NCBI GenBank assembly: GCA_965213625.1
Contig: CBDBZU010000004.1
Coordinates: 448,001-512,000 of the forward strand
Reading direction: 5' to 3'
Length of the DNA stretch: 64,000 nt
From: a bacterium
GTDB lineage: Bacteria; UBA8248
Under the pieces are notes generated by a model. The model saw only the letters and a list, made by a program, of their open reading frames with translations, was not told where the DNA came from and did not search any database. A program made the position numbers and the translations under genes. Positions 10,900 through 21,283 of this stretch are shown here, piece by piece. Numbering within the stretch: position 1 is the first letter of the stretch; each line of letters starts with the position of its first letter.

Positions 10900-11228
10900 G
10901 CCTTTCCTGTTTAATGCAAATACGCACTGCGAAATGATGTGTATTCAATTTCTATCATTGCGAACACCTGCGGGCAAGTCTCTGGGAATCTATTGACGCA
11001 TTTGGAGAATCCACTCCCCGCCTCCGGCGGCAAAGGCGACGGCGCCCGTTCCGAGTACGGACTGGCCTCTCCCATTCTTTTTCCCGTCGGGCCGCTCTTG
11101 CACGAAGCCATTGATTATCGCACCCCGTTTTGTTACTTTTGGCGGTCAGCCCGTTTGGGCGGGTACCATTCGAGGTGAACATCCCCATGATCGTGCGCAG
11201 ATGCGCATCGGGGTGAAATCGTTTTTTC

Positions 11229-11648
11229 ATGGAGAGGGAAATGGCGGAAGAAGAAAAAAACGAAGCGGAAGCCACCGAGCAGGAAGCGGAAGCTCCCCAA
11301 GAGGAAGCGGCGGCCCCCGAAGAGAAGGGCCCCGTTCTGACGGCCAAAGAAATTGACAAGATGAACGTGCCCAAGCTCAAGGAAGCCGCCCTGGCCTACG
11401 GCGGGAAGATTTCCGGCGTCCACGGCATGGACAAAACCCAGTTGATCCGGGCGCTCAAGGAGATTAACGACATTCCGTTGATCGAGGCGAAGCGCACCTC
11501 CAAAATCGACAGGAACGCCGTGAAGCAACAAATCAAGTCGCTCAAGAACATGCGGGATCAGCACATCGAGGCGAGCGACGGCGTGCAGCTCAAACGCGTG
11601 AGAAGACGCATCAAGTCGCTTCGCAGAAAACTGGTGCGAACCGCTTAA
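11229..11648 (+). CDS. Small protein with acidic N-terminus and Rho-N-like helical domain
   Basis: KMNVPKLKEAA...ISGVHGMDKTQLI resembles Rho N-terminal domain; basic C-terminus. Confidence 0.55.
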   Translation: MEREMAEEEKNEAEATEQEAEAPQEEAAAPEEKGPVLTAKEIDKMNVPKLKEAALAYGGKISGVHGMDKTQLIRALKEINDIPLIEAKRTSKIDRNAVKQQIKSLKNMRDQHIEASDGVQLKRVRRRIKSLRRKLVRTA

Positions 11649-11682
11649 GCTGTAGAACGATTCCATTCCCTCGGGAGAAACG

Positions 11683-12672
11683 ATGCCCGCACATATATCC
11701 CTGCCCCTGACATCGAACGGGGGCGTGAGTTTCATAGCTCGCATTCTGGAAGACACGCCTCGCCTGGATCGAACTGAACTCACCACACTGCAAATAAACG
11801 TGGGCAAGTTCTGCAACCAGACTTGCGCGCACTGCCATGTGGGCGCGGGCCCGCATCGCAAGGAAATCATGACCGAGGATACGGCGAACCGCATCATCGA
11901 ATGGCTCGAGGATACGCAGATATCCAACGTCGACATCACGGGAGGCGCGCCCGAACTCAACGCTCATTTCAGGCGCATCGTCACCCGCGCCCACCGCAAG
12001 GGCCGTCACGTAATGGTTCGCTGCAACCTCACGGTCGTCTACGAGCCGGGCCAAGAGGACCTGATTGATTTCTACCGCGAGAACCGCGTGGAACTCATCT
12101 GCTCTCTGCCCTGTTATCTCGAGGAAAACGTGGACACCCAGCGCGGAGACGGCGTGTTTGAAAAATCCATCCGCGCGCTCCGGGATTTGAACGAGGCGGG
12201 TTTCGGCCCGCCGGGAGATCTGGAACTGAACCTCGTCTACAACCCTGTGGACGATAATCTCCCCCCGCCCCAGGAGGCGCTCGAGGCGGACTACAAACGC
12301 GAACTCCTCAAGCGCTACGGCATCCGCTTTCATCATCTCTACACCATCACCAACATGCCCATTACACGCTTCGCCAGTTATCTGAAGGTGAACGGCAAGC
12401 TGGATAACTACATGACCACACTTCGTGAAGCCTACAACCCCGGAACACTGCCCGACCTGATGTGCCGAAACCTCATCAGCGTGGGGTGGGACGGCGTCTT
12501 GTATGATTGCGACTTCAACCAGATGCTCAACATGTCCCTGGGCAACGGGACGCCACTGAAACTTTGGGACGTAGCGCCAGACGAGCTGCTGGGCCGGGAA
12601 ATCCTGCTGGGCGATCATTGCTTCGGCTGCACGGCGGGGGCCGGCTCCTCCTGCGGAGGCTCTCTGGCGTAA
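11683..12672 (+). CDS. arsS: ArsS-like radical SAM protein (arsenosugar biosynthesis family, DUF3641)
   Basis: CNQTCAHC, DITGGAPE, YDCDFNQML, C-terminal HCFGCTAGAGSSC. Confidence 0.82.
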   Translation: MPAHISLPLTSNGGVSFIARILEDTPRLDRTELTTLQINVGKFCNQTCAHCHVGAGPHRKEIMTEDTANRIIEWLEDTQISNVDITGGAPELNAHFRRIVTRAHRKGRHVMVRCNLTVVYEPGQEDLIDFYRENRVELICSLPCYLEENVDTQRGDGVFEKSIRALRDLNEAGFGPPGDLELNLVYNPVDDNLPPPQEALEADYKRELLKRYGIRFHHLYTITNMPITRFASYLKVNGKLDNYMTTLREAYNPGTLPDLMCRNLISVGWDGVLYDCDFNQMLNMSLGNGTPLKLWDVAPDELLGREILLGDHCFGCTAGAGSSCGGSLA

Positions 12673-12790
12673 AGAGCGCAATCGCCGAAAATTTTCTGGT
12701 CTCCTTTCAATCATCAAGCTATGATGTCATCCACCCGGTTGAATCGATAATATCAATTGCGCTATATCGGGGCAGCGACAAGACACGAAT

Positions 12791-13609
12791 ATGGAGTGGA
12801 CCCCATTGGCTCGCCTAACGAGAGGAAACAGAAAGAGATATCCGCAGGTACGCGGACTGCTCGCGCTCGTCTTGAGCCTCGCGCTTTTGTGCGCTCCGGC
12901 CTCCATCGCCTTCGGTTCTGACCATGACATCGGCAATGAGGAACAAGCTACAGAATCCATAGACCCGTTCGAGGATTTCAACCGCGCAGTCTTCGATTTC
13001 AACGAAGCGCTCGACGCCGTCATTTTCCTCCCGCTCGCGAAGATATACCGGGCCTTATTCCCAAAACCCGTACGCGATACGTTCCGCAATTTCATGCGCA
13101 ACATTAACGCCCCATTCATTTTTGCGAACGACGTCCTCCAGGGGGAGGGGGAGCGCGCCGGTATGACCCTGAGCCGGTTTTTGATCAACACCACCCTGGG
13201 AGTGGTGGGATTGTTCGACGTGGCGACGGGGATAGGAGTACCGCATCACGAGGAGGATTTCGGCCAAACTCTCGGGGTTTGGGGCGTAGAAGAGGGGGTA
13301 TACATCGTGCTCCCCATACTGGGGCCATCGACGGTCCGGGACGGTTTCGGCAAGGTGGGAGACGCCTTCATCAACCCGCTCAACTACGCGGGCGCCGCCG
13401 GCAAAGACGTGGAGAAAATCTTCTTCGGGCATCCCCGCTACCTGGCGGACTTTCTATTCGGAGTAAGGCTCCTGGAGGGCATCGACACCCGCGAGCGCTT
13501 AATCGAACCCATCGAATTGCTCAAGAAAGACCCTCTGGCCCTGGACTATTACACCCTGATTCGCAGCATCTACCTCCAGCGCCGCAAGAAAGAGATTCTG
13601 AACAAATAA
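12791..13609 (+). CDS. mlaA: VacJ/MlaA family lipid asymmetry protein
   Basis: DPFEDFNR, RFLINTTLG, EDFGQTLG, LPILGPSTVRD. Confidence 0.9.
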   Translation: MEWTPLARLTRGNRKRYPQVRGLLALVLSLALLCAPASIAFGSDHDIGNEEQATESIDPFEDFNRAVFDFNEALDAVIFLPLAKIYRALFPKPVRDTFRNFMRNINAPFIFANDVLQGEGERAGMTLSRFLINTTLGVVGLFDVATGIGVPHHEEDFGQTLGVWGVEEGVYIVLPILGPSTVRDGFGKVGDAFINPLNYAGAAGKDVEKIFFGHPRYLADFLFGVRLLEGIDTRERLIEPIELLKKDPLALDYYTLIRSIYLQRRKKEILNK

Positions 13610-13869
13610 TCGAACTCGTCGTGCGCACCGCTACAACTTCGGTCATGCGCGCAGTTGAGGGGATACCGAACTCCTCTACCCTCCGTCCTTTCCTTCGTAG
13701 ACTTCGATAACGCGCGCGGCGGCGTCCTTGCCCCAGCCCACGTCCAGGGCGCGCTGGAACGTCATTCGGCCCTCCATGAAATACGCTCCGCTTGAGCGCG
13801 CGCCTCTTTTCACGCGCGGGAGAATACTGCAATATGGGGAGCCGTGATTTTTCTTGTCCGGAGGTTCTC

Positions 13870-14460
13870 TTGGAAATTCTTGCATCCGTCATCATCGTGG
13901 GATGCATCACCTACGACATCGGTTCGGTCTCCGCCGCCTGGTTCGCCGCAAAGGCGCGTGGCATCGATTTGCGCATGTACGGGAGCGGACAACTCGATTT
14001 CGCGAACACCTGGATGGTGCTGGGGGATCGCGTGGGCGCTCTCGTCTTCATCGCCGACCTCCTAAAAGCGCAGCTGGCGCTGGGTTTCGCCTGGTTCATG
14101 AGCGACTCTCCGTGGATCGCCGCACTGGCCTGCGTCTGCGTGGTGCTCGGCGAGATACTACCGGTTTTTCACGGGTTTCGCGGCGGACGCGGAACGGCGA
14201 GCACCTCGGGCGCGCTGCTCGGCGTGTCGCCTCTCACCCTGGTGATCTGCGCCACCGTCGCCCTGCTCATCTCCGCCCTGACCGGAAGGCGCGACCACGC
14301 GGAACTCATCGCCATCCTGCTGATGCCGGGCGTCGCCATTTTCGTCGGCAAGGGTGACATTCCCCTGATGGTCCTCACCGTCCTTATCACCGCGATGCTG
14401 CTTTATAAGCGCAAAGAGTTGGTTGACGAACTGCTGGGCTTCAACAAAGACGACGAGTAG
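13870..14460 (+). CDS. PlsY-like acyltransferase with divergent motifs
   Basis: GIDLR.YGSG, DLLK, GFRGGRG; TTG start after GGAGG. Confidence 0.7.
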   Translation: MEILASVIIVGCITYDIGSVSAAWFAAKARGIDLRMYGSGQLDFANTWMVLGDRVGALVFIADLLKAQLALGFAWFMSDSPWIAALACVCVVLGEILPVFHGFRGGRGTASTSGALLGVSPLTLVICATVALLISALTGRRDHAELIAILLMPGVAIFVGKGDIPLMVLTVLITAMLLYKRKELVDELLGFNKDDE

Positions 14461-14520
14461 GCCAACGACACTTGCGCCACGCGACGCCGACCACGGAAGC
14501 GGAACAATAATCCACAGATA

Positions 14521-15519
14521 TCAGGGCTTCAGCACCACCTTGATGGCGGCGTCAGGCCGGTCCTGAACGGCGAACGCCTCCGGTGCATCCTCGAGTTCGA
14601 TAACATGGGAAATCAAGGGCCCGCGCCGGACCTTACCGCTCTCGACAAGCTCGATGGCGCGGTGGTAGTCGTCCCCGGTCCAGGTCCAGGACCCATAGAC
14701 GACGACGTGTTTGCGCACCACCTGGTTGAAGTCCAGATCCGCAGAATGCTCGAACAGGGCGACCAACACCAAACGGCCATATTGCTGCTTCAGCATCAGC
14801 AAACCCTGGTTCGGTGAAGACGGCGCGCCGGCGCAGTCGACCACCAGATCGGCGTTGCCGCCGCGAACGCCGAAACGCTCCACCGGCTTGGCCCCGCCCG
14901 TCAGTTCGATCACGGCTTCCACCGGGTCGGTTTCGGTCAGGTTGACGACGGCGTCGGCTCCGAAGCGCCTGGCCATTTCCAAGCGGCGCTCTGAAGAGTC
15001 GACGGCGATGACGCGGCAGTCGACGGTCGCACGGATGGCCTGGACGCAGCCTAAGCCGATAATGCCGGCCCCCAGCACGACCACCGTTTCGCCGGCCACC
15101 GGCTTTCCCAATGACACGCCGTGCAAAGAGGTGGCCAGCGGTTCGAGCGTCGCGCCCTCCTCGAAGCTGACGGACTCCGGCAGGATGTGCGGGCTGCGCT
15201 CGGTAACACGAACAGGCACATACTCTGCAAAGCCGCCGTGACCGAGCCCGGTGATGCGGTCCCCGACGGAAAAGCCGCTGACTTTTTCTCCCATTTCGAC
15301 GATTTCACCGCTCAGTTCATGACCCATAATGCGGCGTTTGTCGTCGATCCGTCGCCCAAGCACCTCGAACATGCCGAGGCGGTACATGTGCAGATCGGAC
15401 CCGCAAATCCCGCACGCCTTCACCCGCACCAATACGTCATGCTCGCCGGGGGCCGGCCGCTCCACCTGCTCGACCCGAATGTCCCGCGGTCCGTGATAAA
15501 CGGCTGCTTTCATACGCAT
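14521..15519 (-). CDS. Zinc-binding medium-chain dehydrogenase
   Basis: CGICGSDLH, GHE, GAGIIG. Confidence 0.9.
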   Translation of the reverse strand: MRMKAAVYHGPRDIRVEQVERPAPGEHDVLVRVKACGICGSDLHMYRLGMFEVLGRRIDDKRRIMGHELSGEIVEMGEKVSGFSVGDRITGLGHGGFAEYVPVRVTERSPHILPESVSFEEGATLEPLATSLHGVSLGKPVAGETVVVLGAGIIGLGCVQAIRATVDCRVIAVDSSERRLEMARRFGADAVVNLTETDPVEAVIELTGGAKPVERFGVRGGNADLVVDCAGAPSSPNQGLLMLKQQYGRLVLVALFEHSADLDFNQVVRKHVVVYGSWTWTGDDYHRAIELVESGKVRRGPLISHVIELEDAPEAFAVQDRPDAAIKVVLKP

Positions 15520-15613
15520 GCGTCGTCCCCTTTGAGTCTACAGCGTCATCTCGCCCGTATCGTCGAGCCTTTCGGACAACCCCATTCGGAAAAAGAATTA
15601 AACCAGACGACCC

Positions 15614-17041
15614 TTACAGCACGGGACGCCGGTTCCGCAGTTCGGGCGTCGCCCTCTCGTAGGCGTGGACCGCGCGCAGCACTTCCGCCTCCTCCCAGGG
15701 GCGGCCAATGACCTGAAGCGACATGGGCATGCCCTCTTTTTCCGAATACCCGGTGGGAACCACCGCCGCCGGGAATCCCGTCAGGTTCTGGTGGGTGAGG
15801 TACGGCATGGTGAGGCCCAGGGAGTAATCCACCTCCTCGCCGTTGATATGGGCCATCAAATCCTCGAGTCGCGGGGCGATGCACGGCAGGGCGAGCGTCA
15901 ATATGACGTCCACCCGATCGAACAGATCAAACACCTTGCGCCGCAGCACCTCCCGCTCGCGCCCTGCGCGGATGTACTCGTCCAGATCGGCCCCCGCGAG
16001 GCTCGCCTCCACCCGCTCGCGCGTGGAGGGGCCGTAGCCGTCGGGATTCTGCTCGTAGAGCGGCCTGTGGAACTCGGCGAATTCGCACTGGATGATGACG
16101 CGGCTTACGTGCATCAAGCGGTCCGCATCGCTAAAGGGCAACGTCTCGACCTGCGCGCCCGACTCACGGAACACATCGACGGCGCGCTCGAAAGCCTGCG
16201 CCACCTCGGCGTCCGCCTCGAAATCGCCCGAAAGGCCGGGGCAAAGGCCCACCCGCAAACCTTCGGTGCCCTCCCCGAGCCGGGCGGAGAAGTCGGGAAC
16301 CGGAACGTCGCGGCTGTAGGGGTCTTGCGCGTCGTAGCCCGCCATTCCTTGCAAGAAGAGAGCGGCGTCTTTTGCCGAGCGGGCGATCGGTCCCACGTGG
16401 TCGTAACTCAAACAATTCGGGCACACGCCCCGCAGGCTGACCCGGCCGTGGGTAGGCTTGAGTCCCACGAGCCCGCACAACGCCGCAGGCCCGCGGATCG
16501 AGCTGCCCGTGTCCGTACCGATGGCGACGGGGCAAAGACCGGCGGCGACCGATGCGCCCGACCCCGTGCTCGAGCCTCCCGTCATGCGCTCCAAGTCCCA
16601 CGGATTGTGCGCGGTGCCGAAGTGGGCGTTTTGACTCAGCGGACCGGAGGCGAACTCCTGGGTATGGCATTTCCCGAGCAGAATCGCGCCGGTGCGCTTT
16701 AAGCGGGCGACGCATTCCGCATCCCGCTCGGGCACATTGTCGCGGAAGAAGCTCGACCCGCGCGTCGTCCGAACGCCCGCCGTGTCGATGATGTCCTTGA
16801 CCCCGTATGGGACGCCGTGCAAAGGGCCCAGCCTGCGGCCGGCGGCGATCTCCTCCTGTGCGCGCTTCGCCTCTGCCAGCGCGGCTTCTCCCGTCACCTC
16901 CAGAAAGCCCAGGATAGCGGGATTGAGCGAATCGATGCGCGCCAAAAACGCCTCGACCACCTCCACGGGAGAGAGCTCGCCCGCCCCGATTCCCTCTGAA
17001 AGCTCATGAAGCCCAAGCCCGCTAATATCTTCACTGGTCAT
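15614..17041 (-). CDS. Amidase signature family protein
   Basis: GPLHGVPYGVKD, GGSSTGSG, GTDTGSSIR. Confidence 0.92.
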   Translation of the reverse strand: MTSEDISGLGLHELSEGIGAGELSPVEVVEAFLARIDSLNPAILGFLEVTGEAALAEAKRAQEEIAAGRRLGPLHGVPYGVKDIIDTAGVRTTRGSSFFRDNVPERDAECVARLKRTGAILLGKCHTQEFASGPLSQNAHFGTAHNPWDLERMTGGSSTGSGASVAAGLCPVAIGTDTGSSIRGPAALCGLVGLKPTHGRVSLRGVCPNCLSYDHVGPIARSAKDAALFLQGMAGYDAQDPYSRDVPVPDFSARLGEGTEGLRVGLCPGLSGDFEADAEVAQAFERAVDVFRESGAQVETLPFSDADRLMHVSRVIIQCEFAEFHRPLYEQNPDGYGPSTRERVEASLAGADLDEYIRAGREREVLRRKVFDLFDRVDVILTLALPCIAPRLEDLMAHINGEEVDYSLGLTMPYLTHQNLTGFPAAVVPTGYSEKEGMPMSLQVIGRPWEEAEVLRAVHAYERATPELRNRRPVL

Positions 17042-17094
17042 GATACGCCCTCCCCGGGCAGAGCGGCTCCGCACTTCCCGTGAATCCAGAAAAA

Positions 17095-17781
17095 TCAATC
17101 CCCTGATTTCGCAGTCGCCGGTAGCGCTTCTTCCTGATCACCTGATGCGTCCTCTTTCGCCCACCAGCACTCGTTCATGAAATCGGCGAGGTCCTGTTTG
17201 TCGATCACGGCGGATTTGGTGAACAGGGTCATCTGGTCATGACCTTCGATGTCGGTCTCAAGCGCGTCGGTGAAGCGGTTCCACATGTTGAAATAGCCCG
17301 ACACCAGCGTCGCCTCGACGAGCTGGGCGTGATCGTAGTGTTTCTTCATGTTCGCAAGCGCCTCGGGGTTCTGAGCGAAGGTGTATTTCGTCAGGTGATA
17401 GGCCCAGGCGATGGCGGCTTTTTCGGCGTCGGTGAACAAGTCCGAATCCTGATAGGCGTCGTCCCTCACGGCGTCAATCTGCTCATCCGACAGCCCGCAC
17501 GCTCGACCGAACGTGACGTTGTGGGCCGTTCAGTACTTACACCCGTTTTCCATCGAGGTCTTCAAGATCAGGAGCGCCTTTGTCTTCGCGTCCAACACGT
17601 CGGTGATCTCGGCCCTGCACAGCGAGATCAGAAAACCGAACAGCGGCTGAAGCATCTTCGGGCTGGCCGAACTCACGCGGATGGCGTTCGCCACGCGGCC
17701 GAACATCTTGCGGCTCGCGTCGAACACCACGGTGGCCTCGGGGCCGGCTTCTTCATCACTCAGAATCGGTAGTTGCGCCAT
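17095..17781 (-). CDS. AhpD/carboxymuconolactone decarboxylase family selenoprotein (TGA at 17530-17532 read as Sec)
   Basis: ORFs 17530-17781 and 17095-17469 are in frame; read-through gives NGCKY-U-TAHN, i.e. the AhpD CxxCxxH motif with Sec; hairpin follows the TGA. Confidence 0.82.
17493..17529 (-). promoter_or_regulatory. Candidate bacterial SECIS element
   Basis: After the UGA: GCCC...CACGUUC-GGUC-GAGCGUG...GGGC; G-initiated apical loop 21 nt from the UGA. Confidence 0.6.
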
Positions 17782-17812
17782 CGAATTCTCCTTCCCAAAT
17801 GGGTAACAAGAC

Positions 17813-18553
17813 TCAGTTCACAGGCGGCCACAGGCGGCGGCCCACGCTCGGGCTGCCGGGCGCGTGGACGAGCGATCTCACCACCCGGCCCGACCACCCG
17901 CTCTCATCGAGCGAGAGGCTCTCGTGCTTCTGAAAGCCCTCCTCTCGCGCTTCGAGCGAGGTGAACTCATAAAAAATCGAATGCTTGGCCCAGCCGGCGG
18001 CGGAAAGCAGCTTCCGCGCGCCGATGCAGCCGGGCATCCCCTCCATGAATTTCAGGCGATACTGGGCGTACCACGCGCCGAGGTCGTGCTCCGCCTCCGC
18101 GTCCCGGGAGAGGAACTGCCCCATCTGAATCGCAGGGCCGGGCGTGATGCCGGGACCTCTTTTGGCGACGTCGGGGCCGTCGACGCGGGCCTCTTCGCTG
18201 AATATGCACTCGCGATACCCTGTGCGGAGGGCCAGCATCGCCCTTGTCTCATCGTCGTATTCTTTCGCGATATCGGCGAGCGTGGGGTCGAAAAACACGT
18301 GCGGAGAGACCGCCCCGATGAGGAGCACGTACCCCGTACCGCCGGGAACCTCACCCGGCGCGGCGTAGGTGAGCGCCGTGTTCTTCACCTGCTTCATCTG
18401 CGCTCCTTCGCCTTCAACCTCGTAATGCGCCGCCCACAAAAACCCCGCCCGCTCCAGCATGGCGGGCAGGTGCCGCCCGTGCAGCCACGCGCAGTAGTCT
18501 TCTCTTTTTTCTTCGGGCAGGTCGTACCAGGACGCCCAGATTCCTCGATCCAT
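17813..18553 (-). CDS. Hypothetical protein, tandem EthD/DUF4286-like domains
   Basis: Two repeats of a W(L/Y)xxxH/xL...PGxxxA pattern. Confidence 0.55.
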   Translation of the reverse strand: MDRGIWASWYDLPEEKREDYCAWLHGRHLPAMLERAGFLWAAHYEVEGEGAQMKQVKNTALTYAAPGEVPGGTGYVLLIGAVSPHVFFDPTLADIAKEYDDETRAMLALRTGYRECIFSEEARVDGPDVAKRGPGITPGPAIQMGQFLSRDAEAEHDLGAWYAQYRLKFMEGMPGCIGARKLLSAAGWAKHSIFYEFTSLEAREEGFQKHESLSLDESGWSGRVVRSLVHAPGSPSVGRRLWPPVN

Positions 18554-18585
18554 TGCAAGACTCCATCAATAAGATAGGTGAGATG

Positions 18586-18969
18586 CTACTGCACGAAGGT
18601 CGTGCCCGCCTTGTCCTGGTGGGAGCAGTTCCCGTAGGTGGCGATGAGTTCGGCGGGCTCGGTCTCGCTCGGGTTCTCCTGCCCGTGCGGCTCGCCCGCG
18701 GGCGCGTAGCAGAAATGCCCCGACTCGACGAGGATTCTTTCGGGGTTTTCCGGATCCCCAATATAGACGTAAATGGGCCCCTTGTTCACATAAAACACGG
18801 CGTCGCACGTGTGGGTGTGCATCTTGTTCTTCCCGCCGGGGGGGATGATGGTGCGCTGCATGGTCATGACCTTCGTGTCGGTCGTCTCGTCGTTCACCCC
18901 CCACATGATGGAATAGGGAGGCTCGTAAGCGTTGTCCTTGTCCACGCTCATGGAATTGATGATTTTCAT
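18586..18969 (-). CDS. Cupin domain protein
   Basis: PGGKNKMHTH...PAGEPHGQEN. Confidence 0.85.
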   Translation of the reverse strand: MKIINSMSVDKDNAYEPPYSIMWGVNDETTDTKVMTMQRTIIPPGGKNKMHTHTCDAVFYVNKGPIYVYIGDPENPERILVESGHFCYAPAGEPHGQENPSETEPAELIATYGNCSHQDKAGTTFVQ

Positions 18970-19160
18970 AAAACTTACTCTCCTTGAATCCTCGGGTAGC
19001 GCACGTGGCGCACATATGCGAACGGATGGGATGAAAGTTTGCTACTGCCAGCCGATTGATGAATAATACGCAAATCCATCGAACGACACCACTTCATCGG
19101 GCGATGAGAAACGCCTCCGGGTCGGCGGAGAAAAAACGACCCCATGCAACAGGACGCTCC

Positions 19161-19739
19161 ATGTCTTCGGACGAAGAATCAACCAGCGCGCCAAGCCCCA
19201 CCATGCTGCGCCTAGAAATCTATCTGGCCGGGGGGATGACGCTCCTCGCGGCGGGGTTCGCCATTTTCATGCCCTACTTGATCGCGTCGGGCGGCATCAC
19301 CTCCGCGCAGGATTTCCTGCGCCTCTCGCCCATATTCTTCCCGGAACTCGCATTCGCCGTGCTCGCCGTCCTGTGCGCCTTCTATACGCTGGACGCATGG
19401 CGGAGGGCGCGCTACATCCACTCCGTCGCGGATACGAACGAGGCGGAGCGCTTCCTGCGCGGGGCGAAGATGATCGTCATCGTCGCCGCTTATTCCCTTC
19501 TCGTGTCGGCGCTGGGCTACGGCCTGTCGACGCTCTTGATGGCCGGCGCGGTCATCTGGTACCTGGGCATACGGCAGATATGGATCGTCGCCTCCGTCTC
19601 CATTCTGATGCCCATCGTCGTGCGCTTCATCTTCGAGAGATTGCTGCTCATCTCGCTGCCGAGGAGCGACTACGAGGCCATCGCCGTCGTCGAGGACGCG
19701 ATCATGAAGTTCCTCTCCGGCGTATTTCTCGGGAAATAG
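19161..19739 (+). CDS. tctB: Tripartite tricarboxylate transporter small membrane subunit
   Basis: 4-TM protein with P..FP and F..LL.ISLP motifs, directly upstream of tctA. Confidence 0.75.
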   Translation: MSSDEESTSAPSPTMLRLEIYLAGGMTLLAAGFAIFMPYLIASGGITSAQDFLRLSPIFFPELAFAVLAVLCAFYTLDAWRRARYIHSVADTNEAERFLRGAKMIVIVAAYSLLVSALGYGLSTLLMAGAVIWYLGIRQIWIVASVSILMPIVVRFIFERLLLISLPRSDYEAIAVVEDAIMKFLSGVFLGK

Positions 19740-19751
19740 GGAGACCCGGCC

Positions 19752-21257
19752 TTGCTCGACGCCTTCCTCCAAGCCTTCGCACTCCTGATGCGCGTGGACA
19801 CCTATCTCTACATATGCGCCGGCCTGACCATCGGCATGTTCGTGGGCGCGATGCCCGGTCTCACCACCATCCTCGCCATGTCGGTCCTGCTGCCGATTTC
19901 CTTCAAGCTCGAACCCATGCTCGGCATCCCGTTTCTGATCGGCATCTACAAGGGCGGTATTTACGGGGGCAGCATTCCGGCGATTCTGGTCGGCATTCCG
20001 GGAACGGGCGCATCCATCGCTACGACCTTCGACGGCCCCGCGCTCACGCGCAAGGGCGAAGGACGAAAGGCGCTCGAAATGGCGCTGTTCTCCTCCACCA
20101 TCGCCGATACGCTCTCGGACATCTTCACCCTGGCGCTCATCGGTCCCATCGCCATCATCACGCTCTTGATCGGCCCGCCGGAAGTGTTCGCCGTCATCAT
20201 CTTTTCGTTAGTTCTCATCGCCAGCGTATCGAGCGATTCAGGCTTAAAGGGAGCCATTGCCGCCTGCATCGGCATGGGGCTCGGCTTCATCGGCACTGAC
20301 GCCACCACCGGCTCCACGCGAATGACGTTCGGCCTGGAAGCGCTGAGCGGCGGCATTCCCCTCATCCCGCTGGCCATCGGGATATTCGCGATGCCCGAGA
20401 TACTGGAAGCGGTCGAAACGCGCACCGTGCGCTTCATCAGCGAGCACGTGGACCTCGCCAAGGCGGGAGAACGGCTGCGCTGGCGCGAGTTCAAGGCGTC
20501 GATCCGCTCCATCCTGCGCTCGACCGCCATCGGCACTGGCATCGGCATGGTGCCGGGCGTGGGACAGGTTGTCGCCGCCTTCATCGGCTACAGCGCTGCG
20601 AAGCGCGCCTCCAAGAACCCGGAGAACTTCGGCAAGGGCGAACTCGACGGGATAGCTGCGCCCGAGGCCGCGAACAACGCCGTGAACGGCCCCACGCTGG
20701 TTCCCCTGTTGACGCTGGGCATTCCGGGAGACAACGTGACGGCCATCCTGCTGGGCGCTTTCGTGGCGCACGGCATGCGGCCGGGACCCCAGATATTCCA
20801 GGAACAAGGCGCGCTCATGTACGCGCTCATCCTCACGATGGTGCTGGCGAACGTGCTGTTCTTCTTCCTGGGCTACGTTCTTCTGAAACCCTTCGCCCGG
20901 GCCATTCAGTTCAAAAAGGCGTATCTCATCCCCGTCATCGTAGCGCTCGCCTTCGTGGGCACACTCTCCACGGGAGCGAACACCGACGTGATCCTGATGG
21001 TCATCATCGGCGTATGCGCCTATATTCTCAGAAAATTCAAGTTCGACCTGGCGCCTCTCATCATCGCTTTTGTGCTGGCAGAGCCGATAGAGTATCGTTT
21101 GAGCCAGTCGATGCTCTACGCGAAAGGGGCTCCATTTTGGTATCTTTTCGTTGAAAGACCGATAGCGTCCGCCTTTTTGGTGGCGGCGCTGGTCTGGGTC
21201 GCATTTCTCATTCTTCGCCCGATGTGGCAGCGCACCAAGGGGTCCGCCGCCTCATGA
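19752..21257 (+). CDS. tctA: Tripartite tricarboxylate transporter permease
   Basis: GAMPGL, YGGSIPAIL.GIPG, APEAANN, LTLGIPG. Confidence 0.92.
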   Translation: MLDAFLQAFALLMRVDTYLYICAGLTIGMFVGAMPGLTTILAMSVLLPISFKLEPMLGIPFLIGIYKGGIYGGSIPAILVGIPGTGASIATTFDGPALTRKGEGRKALEMALFSSTIADTLSDIFTLALIGPIAIITLLIGPPEVFAVIIFSLVLIASVSSDSGLKGAIAACIGMGLGFIGTDATTGSTRMTFGLEALSGGIPLIPLAIGIFAMPEILEAVETRTVRFISEHVDLAKAGERLRWREFKASIRSILRSTAIGTGIGMVPGVGQVVAAFIGYSAAKRASKNPENFGKGELDGIAAPEAANNAVNGPTLVPLLTLGIPGDNVTAILLGAFVAHGMRPGPQIFQEQGALMYALILTMVLANVLFFFLGYVLLKPFARAIQFKKAYLIPVIVALAFVGTLSTGANTDVILMVIIGVCAYILRKFKFDLAPLIIAFVLAEPIEYRLSQSMLYAKGAPFWYLFVERPIASAFLVAALVWVAFLILRPMWQRTKGSAAS

Positions 21258-21283
21258 AGGCAAATACATCAAAGGAGATCATC

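Noticed and set aside
12640-12672. Sec in the ArsS C-terminal GSS(C/U) motif
   Set aside because: The codon is TGC (Cys)
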